From NCBI GenBank assembly GCA_001600695.1, contig BCKQ01000001.1:282507-346506 (forward strand): 64,000 bases of DNA, written 5' to 3'. The stretch comes from Ascoidea asiatica JCM 7603. Its lineage: Eukaryota; Fungi; Ascomycota. The stretch's first letter is position 1. Each line of letters starts with the position of its first letter. The notes under the pieces are model-generated. The model worked only from the letters and a program-made list of their open reading frames with translations. It was not told the DNA's origin and made no database searches. The position numbers were made by a program, and so were the translations under genes. Below are positions 11,127 through 22,429 of this stretch, piece after piece.

Positions 11127-14100
11127 TTAATTGATTTCATTATTCTTATTCTCATTATCATTTTTAATCTCAATCTCATTTTTTTCAATTGATTTAAGAA
11201 TATAATTAACTTTTTCTCTTATATTATTATACCCTTTACCACCACTTCCATTTCCATCATTTCCATCATTATTTTCTTCAATTTCATAAATTTTATCTTC
11301 TTCATAAGGTATATATTTCTTAAAAAGAATTAAAATTTCATGAATATTTCTTATATCTTTATTTAAATTAAATTTTTCATTAATTTCATTTTTACAAATC
11401 TTATTATCCATTAAAATTCCAATAATTAATCCAAGATATCCAACTATATGAATAATTTCAATATTTTCAAACTTAATTTCACTCATATTTTCATTTTCAT
11501 TATCATTATTCAAAAATATCTTGAATTCAATTGTACGAAATATTATAAATAAAATTTCTATAATCTCTTTATCTTCTTTAATTTTATTTAAACATTTATC
11601 TTCTTCAAGTATATTAAATAAATATCCCATTGAAAATAATGTAAAATTTCTCATTATAATTTTATATTTATTCTCTTTCTTATTATCTATTTTATTATCT
11701 ATGTTATGCTTTTTATTATTATATTTATAATCATTTGTATTAACTTCATAGAATCTACTCTTTAAAATTATAACTAATAATTTTGAAATCAATTTCTCAT
11801 TAATAATTATCTCATATAATTTCTTATTTTTCTCTTTCTCTTTTTCTTCAAAATATTCAATATTTGAACTTAATACAATTAACATTTTTAAATAACTTAT
11901 ACTAAATTTAATTATTATAAATAAATAATTACTTGAGATTTTATATATCTTTTCATTTTTTAAATATCCTTTATTAATTAAATCAAAATAATTGAAATCT
12001 AAAACTTCTAAATATTCAATAATCTTAAAAAATTTTAAATTAAAAATATTGAAAATTTTATTTAATTTATCTTCTTCTTTAAATAAATACTCAATGAATA
12101 TTTTCTTGAAAAAAATTTCATTTTCATTAATTTCACTAATTAATTTCTCAAACTGTAAAATTATCAATTGATAATAAACTAAATCAATTTTATTATAACT
12201 ATCATTATCATTATCATTATAATTATCTTGATTAGTTTCATTATTCAACGGAAAATTTAACAATAAACTATCACTGAATGTTAATAAACTATCAATAACT
12301 TCTTTATCAAAAATCAAACATTTATCTCCGATTTCTTCAACAATTATATTCATTATATTTAATCCAAAAAAACATGGATAGATTTTATCTTTTTCATATT
12401 TACTAATTTCACAAAATTTATTAATAAATTCATTTATCATTTCATTTGAAATTTTTGATAATTTTTTAGTTCCCTTTAAATTTTTAATAATTTGATTAAT
12501 ATTTATAGAATTATTTTTAATATTATTAGAATTAATTTTTTTTAAAATTTTAAAGTTTTTATCACTTAAAATTAAATTTTTTAAAAAATTTTCTCTAATT
12601 TCTTTTTCTTCATTATTTCTATAATTTTTAACTGAAATAATTTCTAAAAAAATAAATCCAAATAAAAAATTTAAAATTGAATCATTTTCTTTGATTATTG
12701 ATTCATAAATATAATTTGGTAATCCATTGTTTAGGAAATATTTTAGAAATAATTTATCTTTATCATTATTTAGTTTTAAATCGTCAATTAATTTTAAACA
12801 TAATTCTAAAAAACTTACTCTTTTAGTTGATAATTTACAATTTATTTTAAAGCCTTCAAAAATATAATTTAAATCATCTTTAATTTTTGTATTTTCTCCA
12901 GAAATTCTTAATTCATCAAAATTTTGAACTTTGGATTCATAAAAATCATTATTATTTAATATATTTGAATTTTCAGCATGTTCACTTGTTGGATTAGTTC
13001 TAATACTACTATGTATAATATTCTCACTAAATGTAAAATCTTTACTTTCTGGATGACTATCTTTATTTCCTTTATCAATAGTTCTATCAATTTCATTATC
13101 ACTATCGTTATCATGATCGTTGTTATTATCATTGTTATCATCATTGTTACTGTCATTATCATTGCTATTTTCAAATACATTTTCATATAAATTCACTTCA
13201 GAAGTTAAATTTATATCATCACTTTGATTTTCTTCTTCATAATCAAAAAAGTCATTATTATATTCTTCAATAAGAGATCTTTGAAAACCATAAGTTTTTT
13301 TGATTTTCAGTGGCGAATTAATAACTACTTGGGTTTCAGTTTTAGCTTGGATTTCAGTTTGAATTTGAGATTGGGACTGAGATTGAGATTGGGATTGTAC
13401 AAGTGTTTGTTCTTCTAAATTTTCAGTTAAATTAAATTTAGGTAGTGAATTAAAATTTGAACCTTTTGAATCTTCATCATCAATTAAATGTATATCATTT
13501 TTTTCTTCAGTCAAATACTTATAATCTGTAGTAATTTTTTCAGTAATTGAACGGAATAAAATATTTTCTTGAGAATCATTTAAATTATCATTATTCAATG
13601 AATTATTTTGATTATGCTTAACATTATCACTAGAATATTTATGATCGTTATCACTTTCCATATCACTATCACTATCAATAACTGTTTTTTGCAGATCTTT
13701 ATTTGAATTGAAATCAATTGGTTTTATTTTTTTATTTTTTTTAGGTTTCAAATTTTTAATAGCAATTAATTTAAAACCATCATCGTTTAAAGAAATTTCT
13801 GAATTTAAATTTGAATTTAAATTTGAATTCGTTAAATTATCCGAAGTTAATAATATATCAGAATTTAATTGATTTTTTAACAAATCCCAAGCATCAGATT
13901 CAGATTTTTTAATTTGAGTAGGAAGACTATTGAATTTAGGAGATCTACTACTTTTTACTGGACTTTTCAATGAAGTTTTTTTAGGAGTTTCTATTGTAGT
14001 TTTTTTAGAACTTTTAGTAGAATTTTTCACTGGAGTTTTTATAGAAATCCTTTTAGGACTTTTCATTCTATTTTTCAATACATTTTTAATCGGAGTTCTT

Positions 14101-15221
14101 TTAGGAGTTTTAGTTGGAGAATTTTTTGTCAAAATTTGGATAAAGCCTTCATTACTTTTAGAACTTAGTATAGTAGAAGTTTCTGGGACTTTTCTTGGAG
14201 TAGTTTTGGGAGTAACATTTGGTGAACTTTTTAAATTTGTTTTTATTGGAGTTTTGGGTATTGCTTTAAAAAAGTTCTCTATAGGACTTTTAAGATTATT
14301 CTTTAAAGGACTTTTCGTTAGCTTCTTCAATGAGTTTTTTAAAGGGCTCTTTGTTGGAGTCTTTGTAGGACTTTCTGTAGAACTCTTTACAGGACTCTTT
14401 GAAAGTATCTTTCTCGGACTCTTTTTGGAAGGATTACTTTTAATGGGAGTTTTTGTTGGAGTTTTAATGCAACTTTTCATCGGGCTCTTTATAATATCAG
14501 ATTCTTTTATAATTTTCTTAATTGGAGTTTTTAGAATCTTTTCATTATCATTCACCTTTTCATATTTTGATGTATTTTTCAAAGTACTTTTAGAATTATT
14601 TTTTGAGGAATAATTCAATAATTCTTCAATATCAGGATTTATATCCAAATCTATATTAATATTCATATTCATATTTGTATCAGTATTTGAATTCAAATTA
14701 TCTTGAGAATTATTGTTAACTTTTGAGTAAGTGAAATTATATGATGAAAATCTTTTTTTTTCAATTTTATTATTCTTTTTTTCAATTATTTTTTTATTGA
14801 ATAAGCCAGTTAAATCATTTATATTTGATAATGATTTTGTATTTTTGCTTGATCTTAATTTATTCTGAACAGATAAAAAAGAAGAATTTAGTGAATTTTT
14901 TGAGATTTTTGAAATTGAAAGTTTTTGTCTTTTTTGTCTCGAATTGTTATCGTTATCGCTATCACTGTCATTTCCATTAACTATGGAATCATTCGATGCA
15001 TTATTGAAAGATTCATCATCGATGTTTATTTTTTTCCTTTTAGCTATAACTGGGTTGTTCTTCTTGTAATCTAAGTCTGTTTTATTAATATTATTGTCAT
15101 GAGAGTTATCAATAATGTTGTCGTCACTGCTATCACTCAACTCAGTGATCTTGGAAAAATGGGTAGAACGAATGAAAGAGGAACCAGAATGCTTGTTCCT
15201 CCTTTTCCCATAGGTTCTCAT
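11127..15221 (-). CDS. RAD61: Cohesin release factor Wpl1/Rad61 (WAPL)
   Basis: N-terminal MRTYGKRR, YSR-like KTYGFQRS, start of WAPL domain VQNFDELRISGEN..DDLNYIFEG, helical C-terminal half. Confidence 0.8.
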   Translation of the reverse strand: MRTYGKRRNKHSGSSFIRSTHFSKITELSDSSDDNIIDNSHDNNINKTDLDYKKNNPVIAKRKKINIDDESFNNASNDSIVNGNDSDSDNDNNSRQKRQKLSISKISKNSLNSSFLSVQNKLRSSKNTKSLSNINDLTGLFNKKIIEKKNNKIEKKRFSSYNFTYSKVNNNSQDNLNSNTDTNMNMNINIDLDINPDIEELLNYSSKNNSKSTLKNTSKYEKVNDNEKILKTPIKKIIKESDIIKSPMKSCIKTPTKTPIKSNPSKKSPRKILSKSPVKSSTESPTKTPTKSPLKNSLKKLTKSPLKNNLKSPIENFFKAIPKTPIKTNLKSSPNVTPKTTPRKVPETSTILSSKSNEGFIQILTKNSPTKTPKRTPIKNVLKNRMKSPKRISIKTPVKNSTKSSKKTTIETPKKTSLKSPVKSSRSPKFNSLPTQIKKSESDAWDLLKNQLNSDILLTSDNLTNSNLNSNLNSEISLNDDGFKLIAIKNLKPKKNKKIKPIDFNSNKDLQKTVIDSDSDMESDNDHKYSSDNVKHNQNNSLNNDNLNDSQENILFRSITEKITTDYKYLTEEKNDIHLIDDEDSKGSNFNSLPKFNLTENLEEQTLVQSQSQSQSQSQIQTEIQAKTETQVVINSPLKIKKTYGFQRSLIEEYNNDFFDYEEENQSDDINLTSEVNLYENVFENSNDNDSNNDDNNDNNNDHDNDSDNEIDRTIDKGNKDSHPESKDFTFSENIIHSSIRTNPTSEHAENSNILNNNDFYESKVQNFDELRISGENTKIKDDLNYIFEGFKINCKLSTKRVSFLELCLKLIDDLKLNNDKDKLFLKYFLNNGLPNYIYESIIKENDSILNFLFGFIFLEIISVKNYRNNEEKEIRENFLKNLILSDKNFKILKKINSNNIKNNSININQIIKNLKGTKKLSKISNEMINEFINKFCEISKYEKDKIYPCFFGLNIMNIIVEEIGDKCLIFDKEVIDSLLTFSDSLLLNFPLNNETNQDNYNDNDNDSYNKIDLVYYQLIILQFEKLISEINENEIFFKKIFIEYLFKEEDKLNKIFNIFNLKFFKIIEYLEVLDFNYFDLINKGYLKNEKIYKISSNYLFIIIKFSISYLKMLIVLSSNIEYFEEKEKEKNKKLYEIIINEKLISKLLVIILKSRFYEVNTNDYKYNNKKHNIDNKIDNKKENKYKIIMRNFTLFSMGYLFNILEEDKCLNKIKEDKEIIEILFIIFRTIEFKIFLNNDNENENMSEIKFENIEIIHIVGYLGLIIGILMDNKICKNEINEKFNLNKDIRNIHEILILFKKYIPYEEDKIYEIEENNDGNDGNGSGGKGYNNIREKVNYILKSIEKNEIEIKNDNENKNNEIN

Positions 15222-15419
15222 TGTCTAAAATTTAAATAAATGTAAGATTCTCTGATGGATATATCAGTGAATGACTGCTATTTCTAACAACAATGTTTAT
15301 ATTTATCAGTTTATTTATTTCTTTATTTATTTATTGCTTTATTTATTTATTTTCAGTTGTGTTTGTTTGATTGAAGTGATCGTTTTTCAGAATCAAATCA
15401 AAGCCAGTTTTGGGGTACT

Positions 15420-15427
15420 GTCACGTG
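15420..15427. promoter_or_regulatory. Cbf1-type site GTCACGTG in RAD61/CWC22 divergent promoter
   Basis: Exact RTCACGTG in a small GC-richer island. Confidence 0.55.
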
Positions 15428-15782
15428 TGAATTTCGATAAGAAAATTGAAAATTGAAAAATGAAAAATAAATAATAACTTGAAAGTTTTCAATGGGCCGC
15501 GGTACGAATTTTTGGGGCGGTGATTCTTCTTTTGTTTTTCATGTTTTTTTTTGTTTTTTTCATTTTTTTTGTTTTCTCGAGGCAAAAAAATAATTAAAAA
15601 CAGGCAAATGATCAATTTCAGAGTAATGAAAGCTTTGATATCAATCAGAATCAGTCTTTATTTATCCAGATGGCAAAAGAATCAAGAAACAGAAACATCA
15701 ATCAGAAATAGAATATATAAGAGTATATAAGGATATATTGGAATATAATAGATTACATTTGATTGTGATATATACAAATACA

Positions 15783-18700
15783 ATGGACAATCAACCAATT
15801 CCTTCAAATCAAGTTGAGATTCCAAGAATAAAACCTTCAGAAAATTTAGTTGATCCAAAAGAATCTAAAGAATTAAATACATCAAATAAGTCAAATAAAA
15901 TAAATGAGTTAATAGAAAAGAGACAAAAAGAAAAACGTATTTCTTTTTTGAAAGAAAAAAAATCATTTTTAGAAAAACAGTTAAAGTCATTATCAAATTC
16001 CAAAAAATTTGTACCAACTGTAAAATTAAATCAATTGAAAACAGAAATTTTAGAAGTTGAAAAGAGTTTAGAAATTGAACAAAATAATAACAAGAACAAT
16101 GAAAATAATAAAGAAATTGATAAATATTCATCAATAGAATTTCAAAAATTAAATTGGAAACAAAATCAAAAAAAAATTATATCTTTATTAAATAGATTAA
16201 ATTTATCAAATTTACAAAATATTTCAATAGAATTATTTAAAATTAATTTAAATAAATTTAAAGGTATTCTAATTAAAAATATCATTGAATTTCAATCTCA
16301 ATCAAATTCAATTAAATCAACTCAGATTTTTTCAAGTTTAATTTCAATTTTAAATTCCAAACTACCAAAAATTGGTGAGTTATTAATAATAAGATTACTT
16401 TTAAATTTTATAAAAAATTTTAAAATTCTTTTAAAATTTCCTCAAAATGTTTTTGATGTCAATGAAAATGAGTATATTAATAAAATTAAGTTAAACTTAA
16501 ATATAAATCTTCTATTTATTGGAAATCTATTCAACTTTGATATTATAAATGCAAATTTAATCTTACAAATTTTAAAAATCTTATTCAATAATAATATGTC
16601 TTTGAAAAAAAATTTCAATTTATTGGAAATTTCTTTAAATTTTTTAAAAAATATTTCAAATTATTTATATAATTATAATTATAAATTCAATAATAATAAT
16701 AAATATGAAATTATAAATTATTTTTCAAATTTATTTAATTATTTACAAAAAACTTATTTATTAAATTCATTAAATTCAATAAATTCAAATAAAAAAATTC
16801 AATTTTTAATTGAGGATTTATTTATTCAAAGAAAATTCAAATTTAACAAATCTCCAAGATTTTACAATAATGACTTAGATTTAATTGAAGATGATGATAA
16901 ATTTATTCATGATAAATTTAAATTAATATTCAATTTTAATGATTTAAATAATAATTTACTCAATAATTTACCTAATAATTTAATCGTATTAAAATTGAAT
17001 AATTCAATTGTAAATCCAAAAAATAATTTGAATTTATTTAAGTTTGATCCAAATTTCAAGAAAAATGATGAAGATTATAATAATTTTAAATATGAGATAT
17101 TAGGTACTGATGATGAATTAGAATCTGAAGAAGAAAATCAAAATCAAAATCAAAATCAAAATCAAAATAAAGATGATATGAATAAAGATAAGAAATCAGG
17201 TGAAGAAACAACTAATAATATCCAGGAAACTGAAATTAAAAATGAAAAGGAAATAATTGAAGATTTAACAGAAACAGAAAATTTAAATTTTCAAAGAGAT
17301 ATCTATTTATCAATGAAATCTTCAATAAGAGCAGATGAAGCTGTTCATAAAATATTCAAAATCATTAATTCAAATAATAAATATAATTTTAATGATGATA
17401 TAAATAAATTTAATAAAAAAAAATTATTAAAATATAAAATTATTGATGTAATTATTAAAACTTGTTCACAAGAAAAAACATATAGTGAATATTATGGTAA
17501 TATTTTACAAAAATTTATCTTAGTTAATAATTATAATAAAGAAAATGAGTTGATATTATTAGATTATTTTAAAAAATTTTTAAATGATTCAATTATTAGT
17601 TTAAGTTCAAATAATAATAGCCAAAGTGAAGCTGGTAGAAGTAATAGATATAATAATAGTAATAATAATATTCTTAGAAATATTGGTAAAATTTGGGGGC
17701 ATATATTTAGTAGTGATATAATTGAATGGAAAGAATTTTTTAAAGAAATCAAAATTGATGAATCTAGTGATAGTAGAATGAGTTTGATTAGAATTTTTAT
17801 TAGATATTTATTTGAAGAAATAGTTGAAGAAAAAGGTATAAAAATTTTAAAAGAAAGATTTTTCAATGAAGAAAAAGAAGAAAAAGAAGAAAATGAAGAA
17901 AAAAATAAAAAAGGAAAATTAAATAAAAATAATGAATTAATTAAATCAATTGATGGATTATTCCCATATATTGAAAAAGAAAATATTAATTATGATAATA
18001 TTGATGAAGTTATTAATAGATTAGTTTTCAGTATAAATTATTTTACAGCAATTGGATTAGGTGCATTAACTGAGAAAATGAGAATAGAAATGAAAGAATT
18101 ACAAGAATTACGAGAAGAAATGGAAAGTGAAGAAGAAGAAGATGATGATAATGATGACGATGATGATGATGATCAAGAGGAAGAGGAAGAGAGGGGTGAG
18201 GAAGAATATCAAGAGAAAAGAGAAAATAAATTAGAAAAAGAAGAGAATAATAATAAATATAGCTCTGAATTGAGTGATGATGAATCTGATAGTTCATTAT
18301 ATCAAAGTAATAGAATTAGACCATTAACAAGATCTGAATCACCTTTAGAAGAAGAAAAGCATGAAAAAGTCAATGAAGAAGAAAATGAAGAAGAAATTCG
18401 AAATAAAAGACGAGAAATATTAAAGGAAAGGTATAGAAGAGAATTAGAAATAAATAAGAGTAAGAGTAAAGATTATAATAAAGATAGTGAATTGATAAGA
18501 AAAGAAAGGGATGAAAGAGAAGAAAGGGAAGAAAAGGAAAATAGAATGAGAAAAAGACTTAAAGAATTGAAAGAAAAAAGAAGAAAACAAGAACATGATG
18601 AGGAAGAAGTTAAAACGAATGATGAAATTCAAATAAGATCAAGAAGTATATCTAGAGGTAAATCTGAAAATCGATCAAGAAGTAAAAGAAATTGGTCGAG

Positions 18701-19340
18701 ATCATTATCTAGGTCAAGATCTAATTCTAAATCTAGATCAAGAACATCATCTGTTGAAAGAGAAAAAGAAAGAGAAAGATTTAATAAAAGGAGCAGATCT
18801 CGATCTAAATCTTTTGACAATAAAAAAAAAAGATATGAGAATCGAACATCTGATAATCGAAGGTTTGATAATAAAAGGTATGATAATAGAAGATATGATA
18901 ATAGAAGAGAAAAAGAATGGTCGAGATCAAGAAGTCCGTCAAGAAGTCCGGTCGAAGGAAATTCCAAAAGGTATGATAGAACAGATAGATATGATAGGTA
19001 TGAGAGATCTGACAGATACGATAGAAATGATAGATTCGATAGATATGATAGATACGATAGAAGATATGAAGATAAAAATCGATACAGACATAGATATGAT
19101 AACAGATATGAGGAAAGATATGATGATAGATCTAAAGATAGATATAAGGGTATATCTAAGGATCGAAATGAAAGAAGCTATAGAAAAAAAGATCCGGATT
19201 TCGATGAAAGAGAAGATATTACTAAAGATAAAGCTAAAGATAAAGAAGAATTCAAAGAAAGAGATAGATACAGAGATGATAATTTAATTGATAGAGGAAG
19301 ATCAGAAACTAGACGAAGAAAATATCAAAAGAAAGATTAA
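15783..19340 (+). CDS. CWC22: Pre-mRNA splicing factor Cwc22 (MIF4G + MA3) with RS/RD-rich tail
   Basis: First ATG at 15783 (track starts at TTG 15738); FQKLNWK, SILNSKLPKIGELLIIRL, FKFDPNF..YEILG, IYLSMKSS..EAVHK, CSQEKTYSEYYG, RIFIRYLFEE, FSINYFTAIGLGALTEKMR. Confidence 0.92.
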   Translation: MDNQPIPSNQVEIPRIKPSENLVDPKESKELNTSNKSNKINELIEKRQKEKRISFLKEKKSFLEKQLKSLSNSKKFVPTVKLNQLKTEILEVEKSLEIEQNNNKNNENNKEIDKYSSIEFQKLNWKQNQKKIISLLNRLNLSNLQNISIELFKINLNKFKGILIKNIIEFQSQSNSIKSTQIFSSLISILNSKLPKIGELLIIRLLLNFIKNFKILLKFPQNVFDVNENEYINKIKLNLNINLLFIGNLFNFDIINANLILQILKILFNNNMSLKKNFNLLEISLNFLKNISNYLYNYNYKFNNNNKYEIINYFSNLFNYLQKTYLLNSLNSINSNKKIQFLIEDLFIQRKFKFNKSPRFYNNDLDLIEDDDKFIHDKFKLIFNFNDLNNNLLNNLPNNLIVLKLNNSIVNPKNNLNLFKFDPNFKKNDEDYNNFKYEILGTDDELESEEENQNQNQNQNQNKDDMNKDKKSGEETTNNIQETEIKNEKEIIEDLTETENLNFQRDIYLSMKSSIRADEAVHKIFKIINSNNKYNFNDDINKFNKKKLLKYKIIDVIIKTCSQEKTYSEYYGNILQKFILVNNYNKENELILLDYFKKFLNDSIISLSSNNNSQSEAGRSNRYNNSNNNILRNIGKIWGHIFSSDIIEWKEFFKEIKIDESSDSRMSLIRIFIRYLFEEIVEEKGIKILKERFFNEEKEEKEENEEKNKKGKLNKNNELIKSIDGLFPYIEKENINYDNIDEVINRLVFSINYFTAIGLGALTEKMRIEMKELQELREEMESEEEEDDDNDDDDDDDQEEEEERGEEEYQEKRENKLEKEENNNKYSSELSDDESDSSLYQSNRIRPLTRSESPLEEEKHEKVNEEENEEEIRNKRREILKERYRRELEINKSKSKDYNKDSELIRKERDEREEREEKENRMRKRLKELKEKRRKQEHDEEEVKTNDEIQIRSRSISRGKSENRSRSKRNWSRSLSRSRSNSKSRSRTSSVEREKERERFNKRSRSRSKSFDNKKKRYENRTSDNRRFDNKRYDNRRYDNRREKEWSRSRSPSRSPVEGNSKRYDRTDRYDRYERSDRYDRNDRFDRYDRYDRRYEDKNRYRHRYDNRYEERYDDRSKDRYKGISKDRNERSYRKKDPDFDEREDITKDKAKDKEEFKERDRYRDDNLIDRGRSETRRRKYQKKD

Positions 19341-19510
19341 GAGTGACGAGCATTAGTTTGTAATTGAAAGTCTGTATTCATGTTTGTACTATAAAATAAA
19401 ATAATTTTTAAAAGCATCAGAAACAGCAGAAACAGCAAAAACAGCTGAAATTACTGAAATATAAGCAAAATACAGGTCAGACCATGGCGTATTATCTAGG
19501 ACACAAAATA

Positions 19511-19700
19511 TCACGTGTTTAAATTACAAAGAGACCATATATCTGGGTAGCACGTGTTAGCTTGAAGACTTGTTTGTGGTTTGCAGTATTAAACGTGAGA
19601 GTACATGAGCACGGTGAACGCGGAGTTTCCAGCGTTTTAAAACAGATTTGCTCTGGGGGAGCTGGAGATTTCTGGAGGGTTCTGGAGAGTTCCGGCGGAG
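19511..19700. promoter_or_regulatory. SDS23 upstream region: two CACGTG E-boxes and GC-rich elements
   Basis: CACGTG at 19512 and 19551; CTGGGG near 19653 (Mig1-like); degenerate TTCTGGA repeats at ~19669-19695. Confidence 0.4.
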
Positions 19701-20386
19701 GTCCGCTGATTCTGGCGGACGAGGAGCAAAAACGAAATGCAAATTACAAACCCAGAGAGGTCTGAACGCTGCTGAGCTCTCCCGCCCGGTCCAAACAGAC
19801 TCAAATCTCTCTTCTTTCTTCACTGCCACTTCATCCAACTCAATTCCCTGTTTCTCAGCTGCTCGAATAGAATAAAATATATTAACTAAATATATTGTAT
19901 TAAATAAAAAATATATCTATTATATCAAATATATATCAATTATTTACTCAATCAGGTATTGAAACAGACTTAAAACCATATTAAAATACTTATCAAACTA
20001 CTTATCAGATTGAATCAGACTCCTTCAGAATACATCAATATATATCAAAATTTATCAAAAATATAATTTGAAAGATTATCAATATTTAACTTGCAGAATT
20101 TATCCTTTAATCATACGATCAATAATACTTTAATATTCCTAAAATTTTATTACTAAATTTATTCCTCCACTTTCTAAATTTAATTGACACTCTATCAGTT
20201 TTTCATTAAATATTTCAATCTAAGTTAAATTAATATATTAGACATTGGTTAATTGTTATAATACACATACTGTTATCTATATATATTATTATTTTCTAAT
20301 CTATTTTATCTTTATCATTTTATTTATTCATATATCAATATATTAATACACTAATATATCAATATATTATTATTTATATACACAAA

Positions 20387-22429
20387 ATGTCTAATCAAAA
20401 TTCAAATAATTCTTCAAGACATGCTTCTGTTTATGATATTATAACAGATTCAGTTTCTCAATCTCAACCTCAATCACAATCCCAATCTCAATCTCAACCT
20501 TCAAATGATGATTTAAATGATTCTGCTTTGATCTCTGATGATAACGCTTCAATATCAACAACTTCCTCTTCTCAAAATATTAATTCTAATTCAAATATAC
20601 CTCCTCAATCAATATCTTCAAATATATCCTCAAATATATCTCCAAGTATATCCTCTTCAAATAATCCTTCAAGATCCCATTCAATTCAAAATAATCATTC
20701 TTCCCATCTTTCTTCACATTCCACTTTATCAAATCATCATTCTCATATTAATAGTAAACAATTTCAACAACAACCTCTAATAACTTCAAGAGATTGGCAA
20801 GATGTTAAATTAATTCATCTTGTTGAACAGGCAAAATTAATCTTTATTAAATCTGATATTTCTGTTGAAGAAGCTTTTAAAACTTTAATTAATCATAATT
20901 TGACTTCATTACCTGTTGAACAAATTGATGAAGAAACTAATTTACCCAAAGATTCTGAAACAACTTTTGATTATACTGATTTAAATACTTATTTATTATT
21001 TGTCTTAGGTAAAATTAAATTAGATTCTCCACCTTCTCCATCTATTCAATCTTCAACAGAATCTTCTATATCTTTAACATCTTCAGCATCTTCAACATCT
21101 TCCAACTCCAACTCCAATTCCAGTTCCAGTTCTATTCCTACTTCTGTTCCTCAATCTTATAATCTTAATCATAATCTTAATATTAATAACTCTGATCAAA
21201 TTTCAAAACAATTATTTCTTAAAGCTCAAAAAGGTTATCAATTACCTGTTAATTTTGTTTGTCAATTAGCTCAAAAAAATCAATTTATTAAATTAAATGA
21301 AAATACTAAAAATTTATCTGATGTTGTAGAAATTTTAGGTTCTGGTGTACATAGAATTGCAATTGTTAATTCAAATAATAAAATTACTGGAATTTTATCA
21401 CAAAGAAGATTAATTAAATATATTTGGGAAAATTATTCGATTAAAAGAAATTTTCCTTCTTTAGATTATATTTTTCAATTATCTTTAAATGATTTAAATA
21501 TTGGTTCTAATTTTGTTATTTCAATAAATGGTGATCAACCTTTAATTGATGCTTTAATTAAAATGCATATTGATAAAATCTCTTCAATAGCTGTTGTTGA
21601 TAGATCAAATAATTTATTAGGTAATATTTCTGTAACTGATGTTAAACATGTTACCATGGGTTCTCAATCAAGATTATTATATAAATCTTGTTTACATTTT
21701 ATTTCAGTTATTTTAAATTCAAGAGGTTTAGAAGATGGTAAAGATTCTTATCCTGTATTTCATGTAACAAGATCAAATTCTTTAGGTAAAGTTATTGCAA
21801 AATTAGTTGCAACTAAAGCTCATAGATTATGGATTGTACAACCTTCTCATCATTCAAATTCTTTTTCAAATCAATCAACTTCTTCAAATAATTCAAATAA
21901 TATTAATATTAATATAAATAATTCAAATATACCCTCAATTATAAATTCAAATCAAGAAATAGATCCAGTTTCTTCAGATCTTTCAATAAATCCAATAAAT
22001 ACTGCTACAATTGCTGCAAATTCAATTCCTTTACATTCTCCATTATCTCAAACAACAAGTGCTTCTTCATCATCTTCTTCTCTTTCAAACTTAAATTCAA
22101 ATTCAAGTTCTAACTTAAATTTGATTCATTCTCATTCTCATCCTCATTCCCATAATCATGTTCATAATCATAATCATAATCATTCAGCAACTTCTTCAAA
22201 TCCACCAGTTCCAATAAAACCATCTTTAATTAGTTCAGAATATGAAGGTAAAGCAGGAAAATTAATTGGTGTTGTTTCAGTAACTGATATTCTTGGTTTA
22301 TTAGCAAGAGCTTCTTCAAATAAACTTATTGATCCAACAACTGCAAGAAAACAAAGAAGAAGATCTTCAAGTAGCGCAAGTATTTTATCTCAAGCTCATT
22401 CAATTAAATTAGAACCTTTCGAAAAATAA
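20387..22429 (+). CDS. SDS23: CBS-domain protein Sds23/Sds24
   Basis: ISVEEAF, TFDYTDLNTYLL, LGSGVHRIAI, GILSQRRLIKYIWEN, GNISVTDVK, AKLVATKAHRLWIV, GKLIGVVSVTDIL. Confidence 0.92.
   Translation: MSNQNSNNSSRHASVYDIITDSVSQSQPQSQSQSQSQPSNDDLNDSALISDDNASISTTSSSQNINSNSNIPPQSISSNISSNISPSISSSNNPSRSHSIQNNHSSHLSSHSTLSNHHSHINSKQFQQQPLITSRDWQDVKLIHLVEQAKLIFIKSDISVEEAFKTLINHNLTSLPVEQIDEETNLPKDSETTFDYTDLNTYLLFVLGKIKLDSPPSPSIQSSTESSISLTSSASSTSSNSNSNSSSSSIPTSVPQSYNLNHNLNINNSDQISKQLFLKAQKGYQLPVNFVCQLAQKNQFIKLNENTKNLSDVVEILGSGVHRIAIVNSNNKITGILSQRRLIKYIWENYSIKRNFPSLDYIFQLSLNDLNIGSNFVISINGDQPLIDALIKMHIDKISSIAVVDRSNNLLGNISVTDVKHVTMGSQSRLLYKSCLHFISVILNSRGLEDGKDSYPVFHVTRSNSLGKVIAKLVATKAHRLWIVQPSHHSNSFSNQSTSSNNSNNINININNSNIPSIINSNQEIDPVSSDLSINPINTATIAANSIPLHSPLSQTTSASSSSSSLSNLNSNSSSNLNLIHSHSHPHSHNHVHNHNHNHSATSSNPPVPIKPSLISSEYEGKAGKLIGVVSVTDILGLLARASSNKLIDPTTARKQRRRSSSSASILSQAHSIKLEPFEK

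Noticed and set aside
13930-14613. 227-aa hydrophobic + strand ORF resembling a membrane protein
   Set aside because: Antisense shadow of the K-S/T-P repeat in RAD61; TTG start
18754-19287. 177-aa alternative-frame ORF inside CWC22
   Set aside because: Frameshifted reading of the GATAGA-type repeat region; no independent features
19557-19875. Short ORFs in GC-richer promoter islands (also 6189, 10285-10934, 31302, 38895-39418, 49366-49878, 58414, 63195)
   Set aside because: Often non-ATG starts, atypical codon use, no recognisable motifs; by-products of stop-poor regulatory DNA
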